In this document: positions 1 to 11,569 of the stretch, piece after piece | Numbering within the stretch: position 1 is the stretch's first letter | How the letters are laid out: each line of letters begins with the position of its first letter | Assembly: GCA_028534125.1 (NCBI GenBank) | Contig: CM052817.1 | Coordinates: 40,488,001-40,552,000 of the forward strand | From: Lama glama | Lineage: Eukaryota | Direction of reading: 5' to 3' | Length of the DNA stretch: 64,000 nt | Notes under the pieces: generated by a model | The model's input: only the letters and a program-made list of their open reading frames with translations | Told to the model about the DNA's origin: nothing | The model's database searches: none | Made by a program: the position numbers and the translations under genes

Positions 1-559
1 TTGAACTTACTGAACTTAACCTGTCCTTCGGGGATTTCTTTTTCACTCTAGTTTGCTCCATGTTTGTTTCAGGCCTGAGGTGTGGGCATCAGAGCCTAGC
101 TAGCAAGAGAGCGCCAGCATCACGAGGAGTCATTGTTTTGGCACTTGGAGCTGGGATTGTGGGTCAGAAGGGGTTGTTGTGGTGATGCTATTTCAAAGCT
201 CTGGACCAGGGACTTTCGGGCACAAGGATTTCATTTTCAGTTAGCTTGTGGTCAGACTGCTGTATGGTTTTTTTATGTGGGTTTTTTTTTTTTTTTTTTG
301 CCTCAGGGAAAGGAAAGCACGTGAGATCATGGCATACAGCAAAGAGTCTAGAAAAGATTCTTTACAACTGGTGAATCTGGCAAATTGAAAGTAATCTCTT
401 CATTGTCATCTAGAAAATAAAATTAATAATGATAGCCAACCTTTTTTATATCTCCCAGGGTGCCCTGAGTATTCCTTTGATTTCAGGTCTATAAAATATA
501 ACTAGCACTTCAGGAAAAAGATATGTCTGTGTGTTTGTAAAATCCTTGTAAAAATTACA

Positions 560-830
560 CATAAAAATTATATATAAAATATTGGTCATGCTAAGTAAGG
601 GAGCCATTCCCTGGCCTTAATTCTCCCACGTGCTTAGAGAAGACACTTAGTCACTTGGAATTCTTGGGTTTTATCTGATTCATCAGGACAGAATTCTGTT
701 AAATTATTATCAAGAATTCATGTACCTCTCAAGTAGCTCATAGACAGTGGTTTCATCATTTTTAAAGGAAACAGTGGCAGATAATCAGATATTTGGGCTG
801 TGGTTAACAGAGTTTCTGAATGCATTAGCT
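560..830 (+). other. Probable upstream fragment of the same L-like element
   Basis: YKI-GHA (GGTCATGCT 584-592), FIRTEFC-NYYQ (679-713) and KQWQIIRYLGC (about 770-802) resemble L N-terminal blocks in the correct order. Confidence 0.45.
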
Positions 831-2330
831 ACAGGAAAAGGTTCAGCTGCTGCAAAAAGAAACCCAACAATGTGGCTTAAAAATGAAGTTTTTTTTCCCT
901 TCAAGTAACAGTCCCAGGTAGGTGTCCCATATCAGTGGGAGAGAAGGGGTTTGTGACAGGCTGTGCTCAACCTCACTTCTTTCTCCTGGTCATCACCATC
1001 TCGGTCCCTGGGAGATGAGTGAGAGACGTGTATGCTGGGCCAGGAAGTCGCACACGTCTCTTCTTCCACATTCCATTGGCGAGAGTTTAGTCCGGTGGCC
1101 ACTCCACAGGGCAGAGGAGGCTGTGCAGCCAAATACCTAGTTATTGTCCTAACACGAAGGGAAAAGGTGACAATGGATCTTCATAGGCAACCAACAGCCT
1201 TGCCGCAGTCAGTCCCTCTGGCTGCCAGGTATCATGAACGCCTTATTTCCAACACAGAGAACCCGCTTAGTTCATCCCAGGGGAGGCCAACAAGAGCCCT
1301 TCTAGTAAACACACCACCTGAAAGTCCATGGTCTCTGGGTTATGCCCAGTCCTTCCTGTCAGGTTCAGGTATTGCTCCTAATGGTCTGACCGCCTGTGAA
1401 CTCAAAGGCAGATTATCTCCCCTGGTAACACTCAGACCCATACTCAGTATGCAGTGATGGAACAGGAGTTAGAAAACCACGATGAAAACTTGCACTTGAA
1501 AATGAAGAGAAAGAAATGCACAGAGCAGCCCCTGACCCACAGCAGTGCTGGCATCCTGGGGCAGGTGGCAGGCAGGCCCCCTGCCCTGGTAGAGGACGAG
1601 GGTCCCTGATTAGACCCTGGTTCTCTTCTTCAGGAGGACCCTCTTGTCCACGGCTCTGTGTGTCCCTTGTCCTTGTCTGGGGGAGGGGAGGCTCTTCTTA
1701 TTCAATTTCCCCTTTAGCCAAATCGAAGTGAGTGTGGAGATGTGCCCCCCCCCCAAGAGGCTGGACCACTCTTGCCGCACACTGACTGCTAGTGCAAAGC
1801 TGGAAGTCTGAGAGTACAGGGGTCACAGGGTTTATTGGCTTGGCTGTGGTACCTTTGCAAATACAGATCCCTCTGAAACTCAGCTGGCTTCTGACCTGTT
1901 AAATTCCAGGCAGTTCGCAAGCTAGCAGACTCTCCCAAAGTTCTTTCCACGGCATGCGTCCTGAGCTGTATTTCTTTGTTTCCTTGCCTCCCTCACTGAA
2001 TTTAATGGCAGCTCTACTGAGTCCTCTGCAACAATAGCGTTCAGAGGGAGGGCACGTGCTTTTTCTCATCTCTAATCTCGTGATGTTTGAGATATAGAAG
2101 CTGTAGGCTTTTCCAACCCGTCAACGCCTCCACATCTGTGTCTCTCTTAGCCAATCAGTCTATTCTCCACTGGGCTAGTCTCTTTCTTATAAAACCTTGA
2201 TAAAAACAGCAGTAAACAACCGATTCATACTAAAATACAGGCTCTTTTCAATCATTTCTCCTAAAGTTGTAGGCTCAGCAGGAATGTGGCCTGCCTTCCA
2301 AGCCAGACGCATCCGGTGACTGTTACATTT
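830..2330. mobile_element. Old MaLR (MLT1-type) LTR plus internal fragment
   Basis: MLT-like phrases (AATGTGGCTTAAAA; CACATTCCATTGGC; CATAGGCAACCAACAGCCTTGCC); boundaries approximate. Confidence 0.55.
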
Positions 2331-2409
2331 TCTTTTTCGCTTTTAAAGAATTAAGAGACTTTCTTGGCACAGGTCAGATTTTTGGAAGATATCTTTCTTG
2401 TTTCTGTTC

Positions 2410-3480
2410 TTTTTTTAAACAGTTGTGGTAAAACATCAGATCATAAAATTGACCATTTTAAGTGTATAATTCTGTAGCTGTGTGTTCACATTGTTTTGCA
2501 ACCATCACCCTCATCCGTCTCCAGAATACGTCTCATCTTGCAAAACTGAAAATCTGTAGCCATTGAAGACTAACTCCCTATCCCCTTCTTTCCTCCCGCC
2601 CCACCAGCCTTCTACTTTCCCTCTCTATGAACCTGACTACTCTGACCTCATGTAAGTGGAATCATACGGTATTTGTCCTTCTCTGACTGGCTTATTCACT
2701 TAGCATTGTGTCCTCATAATGTCCATGTTGTATCATGTGCCAGAATTCCCTTCCTCTTTAAGGCTGAATAATATTCCATTGTGTGTTTACACCACATTTT
2801 GTTTGTCCATCCATTGATGGACACTTGGGTTGCTTTTACCTTTTGGCTACCTTGAAAAATGCTGCTATGAACATGGGTGTGCAGATATCTCTCTGAGTCT
2901 CTGCTTTCAATTCTTATGGATATATATCCAGAAATGGTGTTATTGGATCATACAATAACTCTGTGTTTTTTTTTAACATTTTTATTGATTTATAATCATT
3001 TTACAATGTTATGTCAAATTCCAGTGTTCAGCACAAGATAACTGTGTTTTTGAGGAACGACCACGCTGTTTACCACAGCAGTTGCCCTGTTTTACATTCC
3101 CAGCAACAGTGCACAAGGGTTCCAGTTTCTCTACATCTTCACCAACATTTGTTATTTTCTAGGTTTTTTGGTTTTGGTTTTGATTTTAATAATAGACATC
3201 CTAATGGATGTGTTGGAGTACCTCTTTTTTTAATGATGTGGGTTTTTTAAATTAATTTTTTACTATGGCAAAATACATGTGACATAAAACTGACCACATT
3301 AACAATTTTTAAGTTTACAGTTCAGTGGCAATTACATTCACAATGCTGTATAATCATCTCCACTCTATTTCTAAAACTTTTCATCACCCCATAGATGAGG
3401 TTTTTAAAAATAAATTTTAGACATTATAACAATTAATCCCCAAATACTTCAGTGTGCACCTCTAGAAAATACAGAACTTT
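2410..3480 (-). mobile_element. Old L1 3' end fragments, with a roughly 70-bp young L1 tail nested at about 2970-3037
   Basis: Typical antisense L1 3' sequence (AAGGCTGAATAATATTCCATTG, GGACACTTGGGTTGC). The nested piece is flanked by ATAACT(CT)GTGTTTTT repeats. Confidence 0.8.
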
Positions 3481-3559
3481 TTCTATATAATACAATATTA
3501 TTATTGTATGAGCCTTCACTCACATTCTGTTGGAGAGAACTTACATACAGGCCACACTT

Positions 3560-4135
3560 ACATGAAGGAAGACTGCTAATTATGGTGTAGTTGAAGAGCC
3601 ACTTGCCCAGTTATAATGGAAAAGGGCAAATGGATTTTGGTGCTATACCAGCCACAGTAATAAAGCAATAAAGACTTAACTGGTTCACATTACAAGAAGT
3701 TTGGAAGCTAACGATATTGGGACTTTAGTACAGTATTTCAATGATGTTATCAGGAAGTCAGTTCTTTCCATCTTTTACTCTGTCATCCTCAGTATGTTGT
3801 CTTTGGGTCCTTGTGTTTGTGGTTTCATGGTTACATTATGGCTGCCATAGTGTTAGTATCATACTTTCACAACAGCATCCCAAGTGGGAAAGGAGAAAAG
3901 TGAGCAGAAAAGAGGGTTTCCATTAGCAGGGATGCAAAGCTTTCCCATTTGCAACTCAGTAGACTTCCCCTTGTATCTCAGGTGCAAGGGAGTCTGGAAA
4001 GACACTTCTCTTAGGAAAATGAGATAGCTATGATTGGCTTATATCCTTGGGCTGAACACACTGCTGTCCTGAGTAAAACTACATTCTGTTAGCTAAGGAA
4101 AATGATTGTTGGGTTGGCAATTATATCTGCCACAT
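3560..4135. mobile_element. Old MaLR (MLT1-type) LTR fragments
   Basis: MLT-like phrases (AGACTTCCCCTTGTATCTC; GGGTTGGCAATTATATCTGCCAC); approximate. Confidence 0.5.
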
Positions 4136-5049
4136 GTGGGTAATATTTTTTAATATTACTGATATAAATGGACTCTGAGGACAATCTTGGCATAGAAATG
4201 CTAAGAAGATATTGAATTGAAATACTGGAAGAAGGGACTTCCTTCTGGGATTATTCTGGGAATGGTGTGAGGACAGTATGTTCCATTGATTTCTGAGAAA
4301 AAGAATCATTTGGGCCACCAGCCTGAAAGAATCCCTTTAAGTCTCTGTCAATTGAATGAAGGTGATTGATTTTAGAAATCAAGGGAATGCTGAGGAAAAA
4401 CCAGTCACTGTTGGTTCTACATAGAAATTATCATATTCTTTTGGAGATGGTAATATTTTACGGAATTCCTTTATTAATTAATATATCGTTTCTCTCCAGT
4501 GCTCATGGAAATGATTTGGCCTAATGGTTTGAATAGTAGTATTTATTTCTGCCTGATTAGAGGAAGTCATGTGTTTTTAGGGTGACACCAGGTCACTCCA
4601 GCTATCGTGCTTTCCCAAACGTAGGATTCAGTGAAAGCAACATTTTAACCATCAGCATAATGAGTTTGTTGTACTGCAGGTCTCTCTGTGTTGACTTACA
4701 TCTGAGACCCTGTAAACATTTCAGAGACAAAGCAAAATGAATAGTCCTTGTCATTACCATTTATAATTGTAAATCAATTACAAAATAAGACAAGTCCTTC
4801 ACATTTGTCTATGACAGACATAGAAAATAACTCAAGATTCCCAGAAGCTTAAAAAAAAAATCAAGGATGCTGTTGGTTCATATGCACTGCAGAGTGTCTA
4901 GTGGGTGACTCGTTAATCTCTTCTGCTCCATTCCAGATGGCCTGAGAGCAGAATAAAAAATTGCTTTGGCAGAGAGCTCATTTCCTGATAAATTGTAAAA
5001 TCTTTAAAAAGATCACTGAAGACCTTGAATATCACTTGCAGTGGCATAT

Positions 5050-5295
5050 AGTTAAGATTTATTGAAAAGCCATCAAATGCCAGGCACTATAATCAGTGCT
5101 TTAAATGTATTTTCAACCGTCATAAAAACCCAATGAGGTAGGTACCACTATCATTCCCATTTTACAGATGAAGAAACTGAGGCACAGAGAGGGCTTAACA
5201 GCAAAGGTCAAACAGCCACTATAGTAAGTGGCAGAGCTGGGATTCCAAGCCTGAGTAATCTGGCTCCCAAGTCCATGAACTATAACAGCCTCTCA
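5050..5295 (-). mobile_element. MIR SINE, near full length, inside the viral-like element
   Basis: Core CCCATTTTACAGATGAAGAAACTGAGGCACAGAG and GGCAGAGCTGGGATTC. Confidence 0.9.
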
Positions 5296-6974
5296 CCATT
5301 ACCCGAAGTTATACAAAATCCTTCTAACTCATAAAAAGCAAATCATTTACAGGCCCCCAAAATATTATCTTAACTTTTGGGACGTTTCACTGTCATAAGT
5401 GGTTTCTTACTAGTAAAATTTTAGAATCTACCAATGAAGATGATCCAATGAGCTTTGCTTTTCCAGCTGCAGATTGGAGGAGTTTTACCATCACCTGAAG
5501 GAGTAGGAAGTTGTCTTTAAGAATTATCAATGGTAACAGTATGTGATATTCTTTGACTTTAGCAGCTTTCATTAGATTATTCTGTAAGAACCACTGGTTT
5601 GGAATTTGAAGATTAAAGTATGAATAATCATATGACCTCAACTTTATCAAGACCCGTTTTTCGAATCATGTTAAAATGTAGTTGGAGGCTTAGGTGCTCA
5701 GTTAATGTGGGCTTAAGGTAACACTTTGTTTGCTTCTGTGAGATTGTAAATTTTCAAATGACCCAGTATTCTCCTGAGCATTAAAGCAAGAAGACCTACA
5801 GAGGAACAAAAATGTTGACAGCAGGAGCCACGGCGAACCTTTGATACAGTTCGTTTTCCCTCTGAGGAAGAACAAGAGCTTCAGGGAAGCAGGGAAGCAG
5901 GTCGGGATGTTCAGCCCCCACTCTGCAGTCACACTCCTACCACAGATTCAGTGAAAGAGAGTGAACGAAGATTGCTCCAACTTTGGGAAAGCTGTTTATT
6001 GGAAGAAAAGAACAGGCGATAGAAATGTACAGAGAATTAGTGATGCTGGCACTCCAGGAGGATTTGACCATCTGGATAACAGCTTTGCAAATCATTCGGA
6101 TAAATGACACCATTTGGAGGAGAGTCTTCCCAACTGAGTCTAAATGCCAGAACCCTTTCAAGGAGATTTATGCGATTCTGGCTCTTTTCCTCCTTTTGTC
6201 AAAAATGCATTAAGTGACATTGTTCTAGACCTAGTTTACCATTTGGGACAGCGGAGCACTTATCCTAAGTTTTTTACTATGCGGTATTATTGGAAGACTT
6301 ATAGCAATGGAGTTAATATTACACAAGATAAAAAGGAAGCATGATTCAGAAAGCAAAGATAAAACTGTACCTTAGGTGGGTGGAATATCCTTCTGTCTCC
6401 CCCCCATCTTTCTTTTAAAAGGCAAGGAAAAATGCCCCCTCCTAGCTGCTTGGTACCATGTTGATACAGCTCAGGGAAAGAGTGGAGCCTGACCTTGCTG
6501 GGAAAAGTAAGTCAAGTTTGGGTGACACCTTCTGGAAGCAATGAGCCAGTTTATCTTAAAGGTTCCTGGAAAGATGGAAGAAAAAGGAAAAACTCTCAGT
6601 TTTAACTTTTAATTCTCCGATAACTTTGAGGCTGTGAAGAGAGTTATTTTAACAGATATATACATTTTTTCTTTGCAGAAGTACTTCCAGACAGACATCT
6701 GAACTCATCAAGCCAGAATAGCTTATGAAATCAATCCAAATCAAACGTTCATCTCCTGGTACCTCCAGGAATCCTCCTCCGGCATAGAGAGTGGAGAGCA
6801 CAGCAGTGTTTTTTTCTATTGCAGGTTCTTTGGTCACATAAGCTGGGTATGGGCTAAAGAAGGACAAATAGATTATTTTGGATATGAAAAGTATATGTAA
6901 CAGAGTCCTCTTCTTTGGCTAACACAGTCCCACCAGGGAGGGAGGAAGAAGTAAATGGATCGAGATGTATCAGC

Positions 6975-7078
6975 TGGGCGGGGTGGGGATAGTTCAAGTG
7001 GTAGAGTATTTGCTTAGCATGCATGAAGTCCCAGGTTCAATCCCTAGTAGCTCCATTAAAAATTTCTTTTAAAAAAAG
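6975..7078 (+). mobile_element. tRNA-derived SINE (camelid-type)
   Basis: A box TAGTTCAAGTGG, B box GGTTCAATCCC, A-rich tail. Confidence 0.85.
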
Positions 7079-7459
7079 ATACATCAAACGAGGCATTGGT
7101 AGGTTAACAAAACCAAAAACCTGTACTTTGATCTACCGGTCTCCATGATAACTCAAAGGTGGATAAGGAAGTGAAGGAGATAAGGGAGCATTCCCCATCT
7201 GCACACATACACTTCACTGTTCTGTTCTTAAGCCCATACTTGTCAGTTGCCAGAAGAACCTGGCATGGGAGGATATATTATGACTGAAATATATGTTCTT
7301 CATTATAAGAATCTTCTTTACTACTTATTACTAAGTCAGAAGACAGACTTAGCTCATCACATATTTCGTGATGCTTGTCAAAGTGATTTATAAACAGTCT
7401 AGGGTCTAACCCAAGTGAATAAGACAATAAAGATCTATAGTTTTAAAAGACATAACCAG

Positions 7460-10088
7460 ATCACAGATTTAAATGTAACATGCAAAACTGTGCATCTTTT
7501 AGAAAAAAATACAAGAGAAGATCTTTGCTATTAAGGGCTAGGCAAAGAGTTCTTGGGCTTGACATCAAAATCACAATCCACAAAAGGAAAACTTGGTAAG
7601 TTAGAACTTATCAAAATTAAAACCTCTACCAAAACCATTTGGTAGAGGAAAAGACAGTCTTTTAAACAAATGGTTCTGGATATTTACATGCAAACAAATG
7701 AAGTTATCTTGCACCATATATAAATTCAAAATGGATCAAAGAGCTAAACAAGAAGAGCTAAAACTATAAAACACTTGGAATAAAACATATGGGAAAGCCT
7801 CATGACACTGAGATTGACTGTGATTTCTTGGATGGAGCACCAAAACCACAGGCAACAACAATAAAAAATAACTAAATTGGACTTCATCAAAATTAAAACC
7901 TTTTGTGCATCAAAGGACATGAGTGAAAAGGCAGTTCACATAATGGAAGAAAATTTTGTAAATCATGTATCTGATAAGGGATAATATTTAGAATATATAC
8001 AAAACTTCTACAAGTCAACAATAAAAAAAAACCCAATTTTAAAATGTGCAAAAGAATATACATTTCTCCAAAGAAGATATACAATTGGTCAATAAGCAGA
8101 GGAGAATGTACTCAACATCACTAATCATTAGGGAAATGCAGATCAAACCCATAATGAGATACCAGTTCACACGAATCAAGACAGCTACTATCAAAAAACC
8201 AGAAAATAATACGTATTGGTGAGTATGTGGAGGAATTGGAAAACTTGTGTATTGCTGGTGAGGATGTAAAATGGTGCAGCCATCATGGGGGTTCCTCAAA
8301 AAAATTAAACATAGAATTACCATGTGACCACCAAGTACCAGCAATTTCACTCCTTGGTGCGTACCCAAAAGAATTGAAAGCAGGGATATGAATAGACATT
8401 TGTTTACATGTAATATGCATGTTTATAGCAGCATTATTCATAATAGCCAAAAGGTGGAAACAATCCAAGTGTTCGTTGACAGATGAATAGATAAACAAAA
8501 TATGGTATATACATACAACAATATATCATTCAGCCTTAAAAAGAAATGAATTTCTGATACATGCCACATCATAGATGAATCTTGGGGACGTTATGCTGAA
8601 TAAAATAAGCTAGAGGTACCTAGAGTAGTCAAATTCATAGAGATATAAAGTAGAATGCTGATTACCAGGAGCTGGGGTTGGGGGAATAGAGAGTTATTGT
8701 TTAATGGGTTTAGAGTTTCAATTTGGGATGATGGAAAAGTTCTGGAGATGAATAGTGATGATGGTTGCACAACAATATGAAGGTACTTAATACCACTGAA
8801 TTGTACACTTATAAAATGGTAAAAAAAAACCTTAAAAATTGTTATGTTTATTTTATCACATATACACAAAAATAAATTAAAATAATTCTTCAAAGACCCT
8901 ATTTTAGAAGATAGGGAAGCTACAGACTTGAAGAAAAAAATTGTAAACCACATATATAGACTAGTATCTAGAATATATGAAGAATTCTCAAACTGTAAAA
9001 AAAAGAAAAAGAAATCTCAGTTGAAAATGGGTAAAAGATAAGTATAGACATTTCACTGAAGAGGGCATACAGATGGCAAATAAGTGCATAGGAAGATGTT
9101 CAGATCACTGGCCATCAGGAAAATGCAAATTAAATCCACAATGAGATATCACTATATGACTATCAGAATGGCTAATGAAAAATAATGACAGTGCCAATTA
9201 TCACCAATTAATACCAGTTATTTAATGATAATACAAACAGTGATAGCAATGATAGTGATAATGATGTGAAGAAACTAGATCAATCCTACATTACTGGTAG
9301 GAATATAAAGTGGTACTGCTGCTCTAAAAACAGTTTGAACAATTCTTTTAAAACTAAACATGAAATTATCGTGTGACCCAGCAATTGCAATCTTGGGCAT
9401 TTATTCCAGAAAAATAAAAGCCTATATTCCGACAAACACCTTACACTAGTGTTCATATCTTCTTTATCTGCAGTGGCCAAAAACTTGAAACAAACCAGAT
9501 ATCTTGTACGGGTAAATTAACACACTTGGTACATCCATACTGTGGAATGCTACCCAACAATAAAAGGTTATAAATGATTGATCAACACAAACCTTAGACG
9601 ATCTCCAGGGAATTATGCTGAGTGAAAAAAAGTCAGTCCTAAAGGTTACATACTACATGATACCATTTGTATAACATCCTTGAAAGGATAAAATTATAGA
9701 AATGGAGAACAGATTAGTGGGAGCCAGAGAGCCGAAAGGAAGGAAGTGGGTGAGGTTATAAAAAGGGTGACACTAAGAATCTTTGAGGTGATGGAAATGT
9801 TCTGTACCTTGACTGTGGTTGTAGCCACACAAATCTATACATGTAGTAAAACTGCATAAACTAAATATGCACACGCACGCACACACACACAGACACAGAA
9901 AGAAGAGCATGTAAAACTGGTGAAATCCGAAGAAAGTGAAGGATTGTATCAATGTCAGTATCTTAGTGTTGATGTTGTACTGTGGTTATACAGGATGGGG
10001 GACAGAGTGATGGATATACAGGATCTTTCTGTATTCTTTCTTAAAACTGCACGTGAATTTGCAATTTTCTCAAAAAAAAAAAAAAAAG
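7460..10088 (+). mobile_element. Nested old L1 ORF2-end and 3' UTR fragments
   Basis: Repeated L1 phrases (GACTTCATCAAAATTAAAA, AGGGAAATGCAGATCAAA, GTTCTGGAGATG); poly(A) at about 10072-10087. Confidence 0.85.
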
Positions 10089-10599
10089 GATAACCAATGT
10101 AAATATCCCGAAGAAGCACCAAAGTAGTTCCATTGAAAGCTAATAATACAGTTATCCATAGCATTATTCATTTCACCTGTCAAGGCATCCCTTTGGGTTA
10201 AGAGAGGGAAATTTCATCTATCATTAGGCAGGGAAACAGTATCATTTTTCCATAATTTGGATATAAAATTTCCCTTTGAGAATTAAACTAGTAAAAATAA
10301 GACAATTTAGGAGAGTAGCGATTAGCCACCCTAGCTGCTTCCAAAACAAAATCAGAAAAGTAATGCATAATTAAAGATAACAAAAGGGTGGAAATTTAGG
10401 AATGTGGGCCTTGAATATACGTGTAAGGAAAAGGTATTAATTAATTTTTTGGAGTGTCATCTGAAGAAAGAAACTGTTATTATCAGGAAGGGTGTCTGCA
10501 TTGTTCTAAGCAGGAGCCCAGAGAAGAAGATAGTGTTAAGCTGTCCGGAGCCCTGCCCTGGAGGGCGAGTACCTTGTTCTAACAGGAGTATTGATATGC

Positions 10600-10835
10600 T
10601 TGGCAGTTATACCTGGCAGAGCCGCCACTTACCGACCATGTATCGTGTGTGAGGTACTTTACCTGCATCATCATTAATTCTCAGCACAACTCTACAAAAC
10701 AGAAGTTATCTCCATAATTAAACTAAGGCTTAAGAGATGAAATAACTTGCCAGAGATCACACAGCCTGTGAGTGATAGAACTGGGCTTCAGTCCTGTGCC
10801 TGGCCGTACTGTTTCCACTCCGCCATACTGCCTTT
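10600..10835 (-). mobile_element. MIR SINE
   Basis: AACTAAGGCTTAAGAGATGAAATAACTTGCCAGAGATCACACAGC. Confidence 0.7.
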
Positions 10836-11192
10836 CCTTAAAGGAGATTAGCACACACAGCTATTGTCACTTGATGCCATGGTCTTAGAATTATCTTGTT
10901 AACTCTCTTTGCTCTACTTTCCTGCTTCCAAATTTTGGTTTCCCATACAGACGTTCCTAAAAGGGGAACCAATGTGTGTATTTGTACTTTTGGCAGTTGT
11001 GTTTCTCACTGTACATTAATAAGCTGACATTGTAATTTACTCACCACTCTACTGTAAAAATGATTAATACACATGAGTTCTTCTGCAGATGATAGTTTTG
11101 GGTGCATTGGAGCATCCTGATACTGTGAAAATATAAGATACTAAACTTGGGCTAATTTCCAAAGTACCACTGTCCTGTGTGGCCTCAGTCTT

Positions 11193-11569
11193 ATTTTTTT
11201 TTTACCATAATATTTATTTTTTTAACTGAAGTATAGTTGATTACAATGTTGTTAGTTTCTAGTGTACAGCATAGTGATTCAGTCATACAATAGATACATA
11301 TTTATATACACATATTCATTTCATTATAGGCTTTTACAAGGTATTGAACATAGTCCCTGTGCCTTGTTGTTTATCTATTTTACATCTGTATCTACTAATC
11401 CCAAACTCCTAATGTATCCGTCCCACACGGACAAAATCTATGGGATGCAGCAAAAGCAGTCCTAAGAGGGAAGTTCATAGAGATAACAGGCCTTCCTCAA
11501 AAAACAAGAAAAATCTCAAACAAACAACCTAACCTACCACCTAAAAGAATTAGAAACAGAAGACTATGA
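11193..11569 (-). mobile_element. Short L1 with 5' inversion (twin priming)
   Basis: Antisense poly(T)/3' end joined to a sense ORF2 piece (QNLWDAAKAVLRGKFI); TSD GGCCTCAGTCTT at 11181-11192 and 11570-11581. Confidence 0.8.

Larger units (their letters stand above)
4150..7200 (+). other. Degraded endogenous viral element: Mononegavirales-like L protein (RdRp core plus PRNTase/capping domain)
   Basis: Collinear motif relics: ELK-TGR 4214-4232; IDF...FG 4365-4445; QxxW 4497-4508; *GD(N)QV 4578-4594; FVY...IPRSLKKKSRM 4804-4869; PAA-IGG 5463-5481; DP-YS-LSI 5760-5782; W...MPEP 6115-6155; CQKC 6197-6208; PVYLKGS 6546-6566; HR 6783-6788. Many stops and frameshifts. Confidence 0.72.

Noticed and set aside
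1032..1457. 141-aa ORF
   Set aside because: Lies within MaLR-derived sequence and has no recognisable domain.
4860..5000. Resemblance to bornavirus nucleoprotein (KIKDAVGSYAL; IALAESSFPDKL)
   Set aside because: The spacing between the two patches is far too short, and the L-protein reading explains the region collinearly.
5560..5715. Resemblance to filovirus NP (AFIRL, PQL, VNVG)
   Set aside because: Three short words in different frames with imperfect spacing; chance-level next to the L motif series.
6364..6390. VP*VGG as the capping GxxT motif
   Set aside because: It lies about 135 codons from the HR. PVYLKGS at 6546 gives the expected spacing, though the assignment remains uncertain.
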